Source: an uncultured virus (IMG/VR IMGVR_UViG_3300011470_000007)
Lineage: Duplodnaviria; Heunggongvirae; Uroviricota; Caudoviricetes
IMG/VR virus record: IMGVR_UViG_3300011470_000007
DNA length: 64,000 nucleotides
Strand: one strand, 5' to 3'
Of the stretch, positions 29,164 to 38,832 are shown in pieces. How positions within the stretch are numbered: position 1 is the first letter of the stretch; the number at the start of each line of letters is the position of its first letter. Both the position numbers and the translations under genes were made by a program. The notes beneath the pieces are model-generated. The model was given only the letters and a program-made list of their open reading frames with translations, was not told the origin of the DNA and made no database searches.

Positions 29164-30381
29164 ATGGCGTGGAAAGACACACTCTTTGAAGCAACATTCA
29201 GACAAATACCGTTTGAATGCACGGCGATGAATGAAACACGCTCAAAGTCTGTAGCTATCATGCAGTCACCTTATAGTGACAGTGCCTTTGTCACTGATAT
29301 GGGTAATGACGCACGTCGTTATTCGATAACTGCGTTTCTGGAAGGCGTAGATTATGAGATTTACCGAGATAATCTAATTATCGCCTTGGATATGCAAGGC
29401 AAAGGCGAACTGGTACACCCACTTTACGGGTCGCTTGATGTTCAAGTGCTAGACTACAGTGTCAAGCATGACCCTGATGTTGTTGATAGCTGCATGATTG
29501 ACATTAATTTTGTGATTGCAGTATCAGCAAGTGACAACAAAGCGCTGTTTATCCCTACACCTATCCCAGCGGTAGAAGAACAACCAACGGCTGTCATACT
29601 TGATAAACCAGCCGAAACGCTTGAAGTGTATCAACAGCAGCTTGAACAAATGAGCACGTCTGAAGCCGTTGAAATAAAGCGAACAATACCTGAGAAAATT
29701 CGTGCAGAAATCAAACGTGCCAGAGAGATATTGCAAGTCAATGGTCAACAGGTCAATGATTTATTTAACCCGCCTGATTGGCTAAATGGCATTGTCAATG
29801 ATACGATTGGACTCATGCACGATATACCGCTGGATGCCGACCCAATGGCAAACTGGCGCAGAGTCATCAATAAAGTCAAAAGCATTGGTGATATGTTTGG
29901 TGATACCGATATCGCGCCACTACGCTTTGTCGGTGCTGTGTTACCTGTAGCACTAGAATCTCAAACAGTGCTTGAACTTATCAAGTTAGACACGGCACAA
30001 AACGTGCTAACACCGTTAGAGCTAATAACGGCAAATAATGTCGTGCGTCAAAGTATCAATGACGCTATCACGTTGATTCGTCGAATTGACCCAGAGCCAT
30101 CCGTGACAATTAATGTCCCAAAAATCATATTAGATACACGTAAGCAGGTGGGTGCCCTTAAACAAGCAGCGGCAATCTTGCAGCAGCTTACCAATGATGC
30201 GGTCAATAAAAAGCCGCCACTGATACAGTACACCGTCAAGCGCAACACGACTTTAAGGCTTTTAGCTCATCGTCTCTATGCTGACCACAACCGTACTGAT
30301 GAGCTACTTAAACTCAATAAAAACATTGTCAACCCTGCCATCATTACCGCAGGTACTGAGTTAAATATTTATGTCAGATAA
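29164..30381 (+). CDS. DNA circularization protein (Mu gpN-like)
   Basis: MAWKDTL.EATFR..PF, GELVHPLYG, LAHRLYAD..R. Confidence 0.9.
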   Translation: MAWKDTLFEATFRQIPFECTAMNETRSKSVAIMQSPYSDSAFVTDMGNDARRYSITAFLEGVDYEIYRDNLIIALDMQGKGELVHPLYGSLDVQVLDYSVKHDPDVVDSCMIDINFVIAVSASDNKALFIPTPIPAVEEQPTAVILDKPAETLEVYQQQLEQMSTSEAVEIKRTIPEKIRAEIKRAREILQVNGQQVNDLFNPPDWLNGIVNDTIGLMHDIPLDADPMANWRRVINKVKSIGDMFGDTDIAPLRFVGAVLPVALESQTVLELIKLDTAQNVLTPLELITANNVVRQSINDAITLIRRIDPEPSVTINVPKIILDTRKQVGALKQAAAILQQLTNDAVNKKPPLIQYTVKRNTTLRLLAHRLYADHNRTDELLKLNKNIVNPAIITAGTELNIYVR

Positions 30382-31537
30382 TCAGCCAAGTACGACTGAT
30401 AGCACAGATAGTAGCCAAACATTGCAACGTCTTGGCAATATCATCTTGACCGTCGGTGATGTCGAATGCCGCCAATGGGACGATATTACTATTGATAGTG
30501 ACATTGGCATACCTGCCGATGGCTGGTCATTTGCATGGTTAGATAAAACTATCGCAAATTTGCCAGATAGCGTCAAAAGTGGTGCGGTGTGCCAGATTGA
30601 TATCGAAAACAAAGAGGTACGTGAGACCATATTAGTGGGTGTTATCGATAAAATACAGCAGACTGTAAGCCGTGGGCAGATATCTGTCGTAATATCTGGT
30701 CGAGACTTAGCAGGGCAATTGCTGGATACATCTGCACCCATCGCACAGGGTCAAAACATGACGCTAGAAGAGATTATCGGGCAGTTTATCCTAGGAGGTG
30801 ACTTAGGGTCATTGCCTTGGAACGTCAAAACCAATGAAAACTCATTAAAAGCCAAAACAGGCGTAGAAGACGGCGAAAGCGTTTGGGATGCTATCAATAA
30901 AGCCGCTGAAGCATCTGGACAATATGTTTGGATGTCATCGGATGGGGCTATCTGTATTGGTAATCCATTCGATGTTGAACAACCAAAAGAGCCGCCTGTT
31001 TTTATTTTAAATGAAGATAATGCTCATAATAACTGTTTAAATCTTAGCTACAGTGAGGATTTATCCAATGCTTATAGTATTGTCGAAGCCATTGGACAGG
31101 ATGATAAAGGCAAGAACTTTAGGGGCGCGGCTAATGATGACAGAATGACTATCAAACGTCGCAAAATTTTGAGTGACTCTCGTGCTGAAAACCAAAACGA
31201 TGCCATGCAGTATGCGCAAAAAGCCTTGAGAGATAGTTGGCTTGATGCTTATGAATGCTCAATTTTGACCAACCATTGGGGATGGATGTCTAAGGTATTT
31301 GCAACAGGTTGGAGGGTAAAAGTAATCAGCACTATCATGCCAAGAGCCAGTGGGGATTGGGTTATCTATGGTCGCACGCTCAAGCTCACTCGCAATGAGG
31401 GCAAAACCACCGAATTACGTCTTAAAAAATATCAAGAATGGATGCAACCTGTACAACATGTTGATTTGATTAAAGATGCTAAACCTAAGAAGTCGAAGAA
31501 GCAGACCACTATCAAATCAAAGCGGAGTAAGTCTTAA
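30371..31537 (+). CDS. Baseplate hub (Mu gpP/gp44-like)
   Basis: IDSDIGIPADGWSF, SGRDLAGQLLD.SAP. Confidence 0.88.
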   Translation: MSDNQPSTTDSTDSSQTLQRLGNIILTVGDVECRQWDDITIDSDIGIPADGWSFAWLDKTIANLPDSVKSGAVCQIDIENKEVRETILVGVIDKIQQTVSRGQISVVISGRDLAGQLLDTSAPIAQGQNMTLEEIIGQFILGGDLGSLPWNVKTNENSLKAKTGVEDGESVWDAINKAAEASGQYVWMSSDGAICIGNPFDVEQPKEPPVFILNEDNAHNNCLNLSYSEDLSNAYSIVEAIGQDDKGKNFRGAANDDRMTIKRRKILSDSRAENQNDAMQYAQKALRDSWLDAYECSILTNHWGWMSKVFATGWRVKVISTIMPRASGDWVIYGRTLKLTRNEGKTTELRLKKYQEWMQPVQHVDLIKDAKPKKSKKQTTIKSKRSKS

Positions 31538-31992
31538 TGATGAATGCGTTTAAACAAGTGCGCCAAGCCATGTATGGCTTTGTCAAACGCCGTGGCGAAC
31601 CACTACAAGTTAGTGGCTTATCCGATGAGATATTAGATGGCGTTAGATTGATGCAGCAAGTCGGCTTTGCCAGTGATTTGCCTGTTGATACACAAGTGGT
31701 GATGTTGCCTATTGGTGGACGTGCGACCAATATGGTCATTATTGCCAGTGGTGATGCCCCTGTGGCAGTCAAGGCAGGTGAAGGTGAAACGGTCATCTAT
31801 GACCAGTTTGGACATGAAATTCGCCTTGGTAAAGATGGTATCAAAATGATAGGCAATGTTGATATTGATGGCAATGTCACTGCTACAGGACAAGTCAGTG
31901 ATATACAAGGCTCATTGGCTGAAATGCGCCAAATCTACAATACTCATGCACACCCAAGTGATGGTGCAACACCAACTAACACGATGAGTTAA
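31537..31992 (+). CDS. Baseplate spike (Mu gp45-like)
   Basis: QQVGFAS, GETVIYD, C-terminal HAH. Confidence 0.88.
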   Translation: MMNAFKQVRQAMYGFVKRRGEPLQVSGLSDEILDGVRLMQQVGFASDLPVDTQVVMLPIGGRATNMVIIASGDAPVAVKAGEGETVIYDQFGHEIRLGKDGIKMIGNVDIDGNVTATGQVSDIQGSLAEMRQIYNTHAHPSDGATPTNTMS

Positions 31993-31993
31993 C

Positions 31994-32359
31994 ATGAAAA
32001 TTAACACTGTCACCCATGACTATATCGCAAGTAGGCTGACTGCACCACCTATCAAAGACGTGGTTGAAGCGGCTTACTTACGGCTATCTACTGAAAAAGG
32101 CAGTTATTTTACGGATAAAGATTTTGGTAGCGAGCTATATCGACTTAGACGCAGTAAAGATACACCGCAAATCCGTTTGCAAGCCGTAGCATGGGCAAAA
32201 CAAGCCCTAGAACCACTCAAACCAAGATACTTTTTAGCCAATATTGATGTGAGCCAAACCTTACCAACTACTAATGGCAAAATTCAGCTGCTAGTAAAAC
32301 TTGAACATCAAAGTGGGCAAATTTATACCACCACATTTACAGTCAAGGTAGCAGGATAA
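31994..32359 (+). CDS. Baseplate protein (Mu gp46-like)
   Basis: GSELYRL.RSKD...AKQALEPL. Confidence 0.85.
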   Translation: MKINTVTHDYIASRLTAPPIKDVVEAAYLRLSTEKGSYFTDKDFGSELYRLRRSKDTPQIRLQAVAWAKQALEPLKPRYFLANIDVSQTLPTTNGKIQLLVKLEHQSGQIYTTTFTVKVAG

Positions 32360-33405
32360 TGTACCCAATACCCACTTTCAACCAAATACGAGCAACTATT
32401 CTCAATGAGTATCTCAATCAAACAGGACTTGCTATTCCTGACGATAGCGATGCCAGTATTCGAGCGGATGGTACAGCGGCAATAGTCGAAGGGCTATACG
32501 CACACCAAAACTACATTGTACGTCAATTATTTGTGCAAACGGCAGATGAGCCATATCTCTATATCCATGCCGACCAAATTGGTCTACCGCGTCTTGGTGG
32601 TAGTATGGCAACAGGTCAAATCCAAGCCATTGCTACCACTACAGGAGTTGAAATACCTGTGGGCAGCCGTCTCACCGATGGTAAAGGCTACTATTGGAAA
32701 ACCACAAATAGCGCTATCACAACCGCAGGTAAGGCGGTCACACTACAAATTCAGGCGGATAATGTGGGCGCAAGCTACAATCGCCAAGGTAGTCTGATGT
32801 GGGTGAGTGCAATCACTGGTGTTATGCCAACTGTATCAATTACCACATTATCGGGTGGCAGTGACGGCGAAGACTTAGAACGCTGGCGTAATCGCCTATG
32901 GGAAGCAAAGAAATTAGGTAAGAGCCTATCACGCTACGAAGACCTACGCCAAGCGGTGCTAGGTGTAGCAGGTGTTGCCAATGCCTATATCTATCCACGT
33001 AGACGCGGTGTGGGTTCTGTCGATGTCGCTGTGACAGCCGTGGGGGCTAATGGCGCGACGTTGCCAAGTGATGAGTTGCTTACCCAAGCCCAATATGCCT
33101 TGCAACAGGCAGCGGTATTTTTTGAAGATATTAAAGCCTTTAAGCCTACTATTATTAGCTTAGATGTGACTGCCAAAGTGACAGGCGTAAACATTAACAA
33201 TGGTGAAATCTATAACATTATTGAGCGATATTTGACCGCACTTGCCCCAGCTGAAAGCTACCGTGAGTCGGTATTATCTGCATTGATTTTGGGCGTAACA
33301 GGGGTGACAGATGTGGTGCTCAATCCTAACCAAAACATTGACCCTACAGTAAGTATGGAGCAAGTTGGGTGGATAAGAGCAGGCACGATTAAGGTGACGC
33401 AATGA
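32359..33405 (+). CDS. Baseplate J-like protein (Mu gp47)
   Basis: QLFVQTAD..YL, GGSDGED, PRRRGVGSVDV. Confidence 0.9.
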   Translation: MYPIPTFNQIRATILNEYLNQTGLAIPDDSDASIRADGTAAIVEGLYAHQNYIVRQLFVQTADEPYLYIHADQIGLPRLGGSMATGQIQAIATTTGVEIPVGSRLTDGKGYYWKTTNSAITTAGKAVTLQIQADNVGASYNRQGSLMWVSAITGVMPTVSITTLSGGSDGEDLERWRNRLWEAKKLGKSLSRYEDLRQAVLGVAGVANAYIYPRRRGVGSVDVAVTAVGANGATLPSDELLTQAQYALQQAAVFFEDIKAFKPTIISLDVTAKVTGVNINNGEIYNIIERYLTALAPAESYRESVLSALILGVTGVTDVVLNPNQNIDPTVSMEQVGWIRAGTIKVTQ

Positions 33406-33938
33406 TAACAACCCAAGAACAGATTGCCGATGTTCTAATTGCCCACCTACCACACGGTGCTTATGATATGGCAATAGACACTTTATTGCACCAAGATATC
33501 ATGGCTCATGCCAAGCCTTTTGCTGACATTTTGGCAAAAGCAGACGTGATTTTAGGTAGCACCAACCGCATACCACTTGAGCTATTAGCAGAGTATGAAC
33601 GTGAGTATGGACTGCCTTTGGGTTGTGGTGTTGACAACACCCAACTCAATGAACAGACACGTTTGACAGAGCTTGAGCGCGTCATGCATGAAGGTCATGT
33701 TCTGCTTAATCGCCAAGGATTAGAGAGCTTATTTGCTCGTTATAATCAGCAAATTCTAAAAGTTAAGACATATAAACCAATGCAATCGACTGGCAAATGC
33801 ACTGACCCAGTTAACACTGAAAGACTAAGGTTAAAAGCCACAGTCACTGTTAAAGCGCCGCTCACTGTTTCATTGCCTTGCTTGGAGCGGCACTATCTAC
33901 CAGCTGCACTACGCATTGACCTCATTGTACAAGATTAA
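33402..33938 (+). CDS. Baseplate wedge protein (Mu gp48-like)
   Basis: LPHGAY, LLAEYEREYGLP; synteny. Confidence 0.8.
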   Translation: MITTQEQIADVLIAHLPHGAYDMAIDTLLHQDIMAHAKPFADILAKADVILGSTNRIPLELLAEYEREYGLPLGCGVDNTQLNEQTRLTELERVMHEGHVLLNRQGLESLFARYNQQILKVKTYKPMQSTGKCTDPVNTERLRLKATVTVKAPLTVSLPCLERHYLPAALRIDLIVQD

Positions 33939-33948
33939 AGGATAACCT

Positions 33949-34659
33949 ATGCACCGTATTGACTCTGCTACCGCCCGCCAAAACCTCAACGGGGCTGGCA
34001 AAAATGGCTTTCATGATAATGCTGATTTACCCAATCAAGACGCAACCTATCTTACCCCTGCATGGTGTAATACTGTGCAGGAAGAAGTTGCGAATGTCAT
34101 CGAAGGCTTTGGCGGTGCGTTAGATAAACTAGATAATAAGCAATTATTAAATATTCTAACGGCTACCTTTGCCAAAAACACTGCTCTACAAAATGCGGTT
34201 GATGACTATATTGATAAGTTTGCACAACAAGGTAGCCGAATCCTTGCTGTGGAGAATCGAATTTACGAAGATACTAAAGTTGGTGATGTCTTTGTTACCA
34301 CTACTCATTTCGATACGTCTGCTCAAGTTGCAATACATAAAGGCTATGGCACGTGGGAACGTGAGGCAGAAGGTCGTAGTATCGTGGGTTACTCAAGTAA
34401 AACGGATAGCCCAGAGTGGACTAAAACTAACGGAAATATATTTGGTGAATATGATCACCAGCTAAAAATAGATGAGATACCCAAACATGATTTTGAAATC
34501 AAATTTGTAAGTGGAACTATTGAAGGAACTGGCAGCCCTGCCACTGATAGTTCAAGTAATGCGCCACCTAATTTAAGAACCAATACTGTGGGTGGCGACA
34601 AAGCACATAATAATGTACAGCCTTCTAAAGTTTATAATGTCTGGAAGCGTATTGCTTAG
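33949..34659 (+). CDS. Short tail fibre-like protein (236 aa)
   Basis: MHRID...WCNTVQEEVANVIE N-terminus; AHNNVQPS...VWKRIA C-terminus. Confidence 0.8.
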   Translation: MHRIDSATARQNLNGAGKNGFHDNADLPNQDATYLTPAWCNTVQEEVANVIEGFGGALDKLDNKQLLNILTATFAKNTALQNAVDDYIDKFAQQGSRILAVENRIYEDTKVGDVFVTTTHFDTSAQVAIHKGYGTWEREAEGRSIVGYSSKTDSPEWTKTNGNIFGEYDHQLKIDEIPKHDFEIKFVSGTIEGTGSPATDSSSNAPPNLRTNTVGGDKAHNNVQPSKVYNVWKRIA

Positions 34660-34703
34660 TTACTCTAATATAAATTAAAAAACCCGCTTTTAATGGCGGG
34701 TTA

Positions 34704-34761
34704 AGTCTAAAATAACTTATAAAATCTAGTCTAAAATAAATTACAAATTAGTCTAAAATAA
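34704..34761 (-). repeat. Right-end transposase binding sites (AGTCTAAAATAA x3 at 34704, 34728, 34750)
   Basis: Reverse complement of the left-end 12-mer. Confidence 0.88.
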
Positions 34762-34775
34762 ATTCGCAAATTACA

Positions 34776-34940
34776 GTCATCGCTTGGAAACCATTAACCG
34801 GTAGTAGTCTGTATGAAATCGTACCAGGCTTTATTTTAGGCATGATTGCCATCTATGTGGTGTCGCTGTTAACGCCCGCATCTGACAAAGTTATGGCACG
34901 TTTTGATGATGCCAATAAAGCCTATAACGCAGCTCGTTAA
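34776..34940 (+). pseudogene. putP: putP 3' remnant
   Basis: Removing the phage and one TSD restores ...ALTVIAWKPLTGSSLYEIVPGFILG...AAR*. Confidence 0.92.
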
Positions 34941-34975
34941 TATTGCATGACAATTTAAATAGTAATTTAAATGAC

Positions 34976-35007
34976 AAAAGGGTGATACAGCTATCGCCCT
35001 TTTTTTG
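34976..35007 (+). terminator. putP terminator
   Basis: AAAAGGGTGATA-cagc-TATCGCCCTTTTTTT. Confidence 0.8.
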
Positions 35008-35128
35008 TTTTTCTTTTTCGTTATTTTTTTATCGTCAAATGACAAACAACAAAAAAGCCAAACATCAAAATGCTTGGCTTACTAAAATACTGGGCTTATA
35101 AAATAGCCCGCTTTAAGTTATTTGCAAA

Positions 35129-35157
35129 TGGTGGCGATGAAGAGACTTGAATTCTCT
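35129..35157 (-). other. tRNA 3'-end fragment, probable att site
   Basis: Minus strand reads TTCAAGTCTCTTCATCGCCACCA (T-loop to CCA) with no 5' half. Confidence 0.7.
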
Positions 35158-35321
35158 ATTTTTAGTAAAATTCTATTTATGGGCTATCAAAATCAATAAC
35201 TTACATTACATTACCCAAGATAATTAGTCCCATAATTAGCCCACGCAATATAAACAATTTCAGGAATATTTGAGTATTTTTAAGTATAAAACTGCTATTT
35301 TCAAAAATTTGACCCATATCA

Positions 35322-35608
35322 AAAAAAAAGGTGATAAGGTGATAATCTTATAAGAATTTATATAAATATATGATATTAATGAAAAAATACTAAAAATAAA
35401 AAGGTGATAAAAAAGTGATTTTAAGGTAATTTATCACTCTTATAAAAGGTGATAATTTTATTTCATAACTTATTAATTTTTATAAGTTTTTATTTTTATC
35501 ACCTTTTTTATCACCTAAAATTACCTTTAAAAGGTAATAAAAATTTATTATTGAAATCAATTACTTATTTATACTTTTTAAACACTTATCACCTTATTAC
35601 CTTTTTTC
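35322..35608. repeat. AT-rich array of direct and inverted GGT(G/A)ATAA repeats, candidate replication origin
   Basis: Many GGTGATAA/TTATCACC copies; the outer arms form an inverted repeat. Confidence 0.6.
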
Positions 35609-35760
35609 AACCAACCTATCAATCATTACGTTATTTAACTTCCCATAATTTCAAGCAGCAAAATGCACCAAACTGCAACAATGATTGGTAGCAACAACTG
35701 CTGATTTGCTTGGCATCCGCTAGTTTTTTACTGCATAAAAATAAGCCTTTTATGTATAAA

Positions 35761-35792
35761 GCATGCGCGTGGGAGGGAGCGCGAGCCGTGAC
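35761..35792. other. Candidate cos region
   Basis: GC-rich GCGCGTGGGAGGGAGCGCG island in AT-rich DNA just downstream of portal, preceded by TGCA repeats. Confidence 0.4.
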
Positions 35793-35854
35793 GACCATCT
35801 GACACAAAAAAACCGCTCATCAAGAACGGTTTTAGAAAAATATTTTTTTATGTT

Positions 35855-36850
35855 TTATGAATCGGTTATAGCAGTCAGTGAGTAATCATTAAATGTGATG
35901 AGCTCTTGGCCGACTTGGTTATTGATGTCCATGAGTAGGTTCTGCAACGGGTAAATTTCGTGCCAATAGAACACTTCAGCTGCTTTCTTAATATCACCAA
36001 AGCCACCTGTGTTATTGGGAACAATACCCATCAGCTGGGGCGGTACTCGATGCCCTGCCAACTGGTCATCACGGCTGGCGATTTTAATATTCATAAATTC
36101 ATCTTTGGCGGCAACTTCAGCCAGTGGGATGACCTTGACCCCGTCTGGCTTACCGTTGGGCACATACATAAATAGGTTCTTAAAGTTGCCAGCGCCCTTG
36201 CTTTCTTTGACCGCCTCCTCCAACTCATCCACGTCTTGCTGTGTTGTCAGAGCATCCGATAAATACAAGATGTAGCCCGCGTGAGCGCCGTTTTTATAAT
36301 ATTTACGGCGGAACAGTGTAGCGGCTTCATTGAGCAAAATTGCATTGACTGAGCTTAGATAATCTGGAATACCATACATATCCTGCTGAATGTCTGGATT
36401 GAAAACTTGGATAATCTCGTCAGGCTGAAATTCAATGGGATTGCCGCGATAATAATCGACATGATAGTAATTCCCATTAATACCTCTCCGGGTATGACGT
36501 GCCAGGCGCGCAGTTGCTTTGAGTACACTCCCAATTCGACTGCGTTGTACCTGCAGATAGCCATTATTAAAGACCAGAAAATTTTGCACCAACGACTCAA
36601 AATCACGACGGCTTAGTTTTTCGCTTGGCACAAATAAACTGGTCAGTACGTTACGCTTGGTTACCAGGGCAGACGTATGATGACTGGTGGCACGGTAGAG
36701 ACTTGCAACGGCAGCGATGTCATACGGATATTCGTAATAGTCGCCGACTTGGGGGCAATAGTCATACTCAAATAATCGGCGACCCTCAAGCACGGGTTCG
36801 GGTTCGCCAAAGCCACTCATGATAATTTTATTAGATACTTGGTTTTCCAT
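35855..36850 (-). CDS. Portal protein (P2 gpQ-like)
   Basis: YGIPDYL, ATLFRRKYYKNGAHAG, HRVPPQLMG. Confidence 0.95.
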   Translation of the reverse strand: MENQVSNKIIMSGFGEPEPVLEGRRLFEYDYCPQVGDYYEYPYDIAAVASLYRATSHHTSALVTKRNVLTSLFVPSEKLSRRDFESLVQNFLVFNNGYLQVQRSRIGSVLKATARLARHTRRGINGNYYHVDYYRGNPIEFQPDEIIQVFNPDIQQDMYGIPDYLSSVNAILLNEAATLFRRKYYKNGAHAGYILYLSDALTTQQDVDELEEAVKESKGAGNFKNLFMYVPNGKPDGVKVIPLAEVAAKDEFMNIKIASRDDQLAGHRVPPQLMGIVPNNTGGFGDIKKAAEVFYWHEIYPLQNLLMDINNQVGQELITFNDYSLTAITDS

Positions 36851-36858
36851 AGGATTCC

Positions 36859-38676
36859 TTAGCGGTGGACAGATATACGAGATTTGGTGGCGGCGGTGAC
36901 ATTTTCGGTACTAGCAAGCGGCGCATTGTCAATAGCGTGCATGATTGCCCAAGCAACATCGCTATGACCCGTTTCTTGTGAACGTTTTGAAACAAATGTC
37001 ATACGCCCCCCACCGTTGGTGACTTGTTTTTTGATGGCAATAAAGGCTTTGACAATATCAATATAGCCAGCGTCGAAATGCAGCTTGCGACGTTCAAACA
37101 ATTCTTTGGCACGCATCGCCATACGGGTTTTGACTTCAATGCTATAGTTAATCGGGGTATAGGCAGGATAGAACGCCTTGACGTGTTCGGCGACTGCAAT
37201 ACCCGCCCCTGTGGTATCAATGCCCAGATATTCAACTTGGTACCGATCACAGATTTTTTGGATATATTGCGCTTGCATGAGCGGTGACATGTGGTCAAGG
37301 TGCTTACGTTCGAGAACTCGATAAGGTTGACCCGGTCGACTTGGTGGTGCGACAACGGCCAAAGCTGGATGGTCGCCAGTAAATGACGGGTCGTATCCAA
37401 CCCAAACCGGTTTTTTATAAGGATTTGAACCAAGCGGTTTAAAGTCTTTCCACACCTCCCAGCTGTCAATCATATTTGGGCTTAGGATGGATAGCGGGAA
37501 ATAGCTTGAGCTGTCATCCAAAAACACGCACATAAACAGATTATCAAATCGGTCCGGTGTGTACTCAAGTTGCAGCTGATCAATATCAAGTTTGTCATAA
37601 CCGCCCCGCATTGCGTCGCGGACAGTAACCATGAGTCGCCACTTACCATCCATGCAAAGCGTTGGTGTTTTTAGCGTGGCATGGCTAACATCAATCTCAT
37701 GCTTATTAACGCTATCGGTACCCGTCCAGAATTTATACGCCTCATGCATAACAGAGCTAGGCGTTGATAAGTAAATCTGTTGGTACTGACTCTGCGATGC
37801 CATCCCCGATGCCACATCACGAAATTCTTTGAATTTACGAATCCAAAAGAACTCGTCAATAACCACATCACCATGTCGACCTTGTGCAGTCAGCGCGTTG
37901 GTACCCATGTAATAAAAATTGACTTGGGTATTATCTTCAAAGGATATGACAATCGGGTCGCCACCAATTTGTCTCCCAAGTACTTCAAAGATAAAGTTTT
38001 TGATGTATTCAATAAATTGGTAGGCTTGGGCTTTCGACGCCGATAAAAAGATTTTGTTTTTCTTGGTTCTTAAGGCATTGATGAGCGCCCAAATGGCAAT
38101 GACATACGTCGCCCCAATCTGTCGGCTTTTTAGCATCATAAAAATACGCGCAGGTGCGTACTTTTTCTTACCGTTGACCTTTTTACCATCAAGAATATCA
38201 ATCCATTCCTGTTGGAATGGATACAGCATGATTTTAAAGGCGTCCTCCAACGCCACAATTTCTTCTTCAGTAAATAAGTTTTTGACCTTTTCTTTACGGT
38301 CTTGCTTGTAACGTTCACGCAGCTTTGGATTTAAATCACCGCCATTGCCACTATCGTTATAATTTTGGATTTTGGCAATGCGCTCAAGCTGGCGCATCAG
38401 CTCATCGATTTCTTTATATTCCCCGTTTCCCTTTTTATCCATTCCAATCAACGACAACAAACGCGCTTTCATGGCTAGATTGACGTCGGTAAAAATGTCC
38501 GCGCGTACCCAGCCATCTCTTTTTTTCCAACTGGCAACCGTTGCCCGCTTTTCATCGAGCTGACGGGCGATTTGGGTCACGCCCAGTCCTTGGGCGTAAA
38601 GTAGCCTTGCTTGCTCACGTTTTTGGGTTAGCGATTGATTTTGAGTCGAGTCTAGGGCGGTATCAGTCATACGCAT
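36859..38676 (-). CDS. Terminase ATPase subunit (P2 gpP-like)
   Basis: LKSRQIGAT, FLSASKAQA, DEFFW, VWVGYDP, HSDVAWA. Confidence 0.95.
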   Translation of the reverse strand: MRMTDTALDSTQNQSLTQKREQARLLYAQGLGVTQIARQLDEKRATVASWKKRDGWVRADIFTDVNLAMKARLLSLIGMDKKGNGEYKEIDELMRQLERIAKIQNYNDSGNGGDLNPKLRERYKQDRKEKVKNLFTEEEIVALEDAFKIMLYPFQQEWIDILDGKKVNGKKKYAPARIFMMLKSRQIGATYVIAIWALINALRTKKNKIFLSASKAQAYQFIEYIKNFIFEVLGRQIGGDPIVISFEDNTQVNFYYMGTNALTAQGRHGDVVIDEFFWIRKFKEFRDVASGMASQSQYQQIYLSTPSSVMHEAYKFWTGTDSVNKHEIDVSHATLKTPTLCMDGKWRLMVTVRDAMRGGYDKLDIDQLQLEYTPDRFDNLFMCVFLDDSSSYFPLSILSPNMIDSWEVWKDFKPLGSNPYKKPVWVGYDPSFTGDHPALAVVAPPSRPGQPYRVLERKHLDHMSPLMQAQYIQKICDRYQVEYLGIDTTGAGIAVAEHVKAFYPAYTPINYSIEVKTRMAMRAKELFERRKLHFDAGYIDIVKAFIAIKKQVTNGGGRMTFVSKRSQETGHSDVAWAIMHAIDNAPLASTENVTAATKSRISVHR

Positions 38677-38710
38677 AGCTTATAGACAGTCAGCCCCTGC
38701 ACCACACAGC

Positions 38711-38741
38711 AAAAGACCGCAAGTGCTGATTGCGGTCTTTT
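38711..38741. promoter_or_regulatory. Palindrome AAAAGACCGCAA-N7-TTGCGGTCTTTT between divergent late operons
   Basis: Same arms recur at 46133-46163. Confidence 0.65.
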
Positions 38742-38832
38742 AAATATTGCTTACAACCTATACAGCCAACAAACTAAGGGCTACTTAACCAAATTTATAA
38801 GCCGATACATTTTCGCCGATTAATCTATTGGA

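Larger units (their letters stand above)
437..34775 (+). mobile_element. Complete Mu-like transposable prophage
   Basis: TGTGATTTG...CAAATTACA termini, 5-bp TSD GTCAT (432-436, 34776-34780), repressor/ner/A/B, Mu-type head and contractile tail genes. Confidence 0.97.

Noticed and set aside
35129..35157. Complete tRNA gene
   Set aside because: Only T-loop to CCA is present; the isotype cannot be assigned
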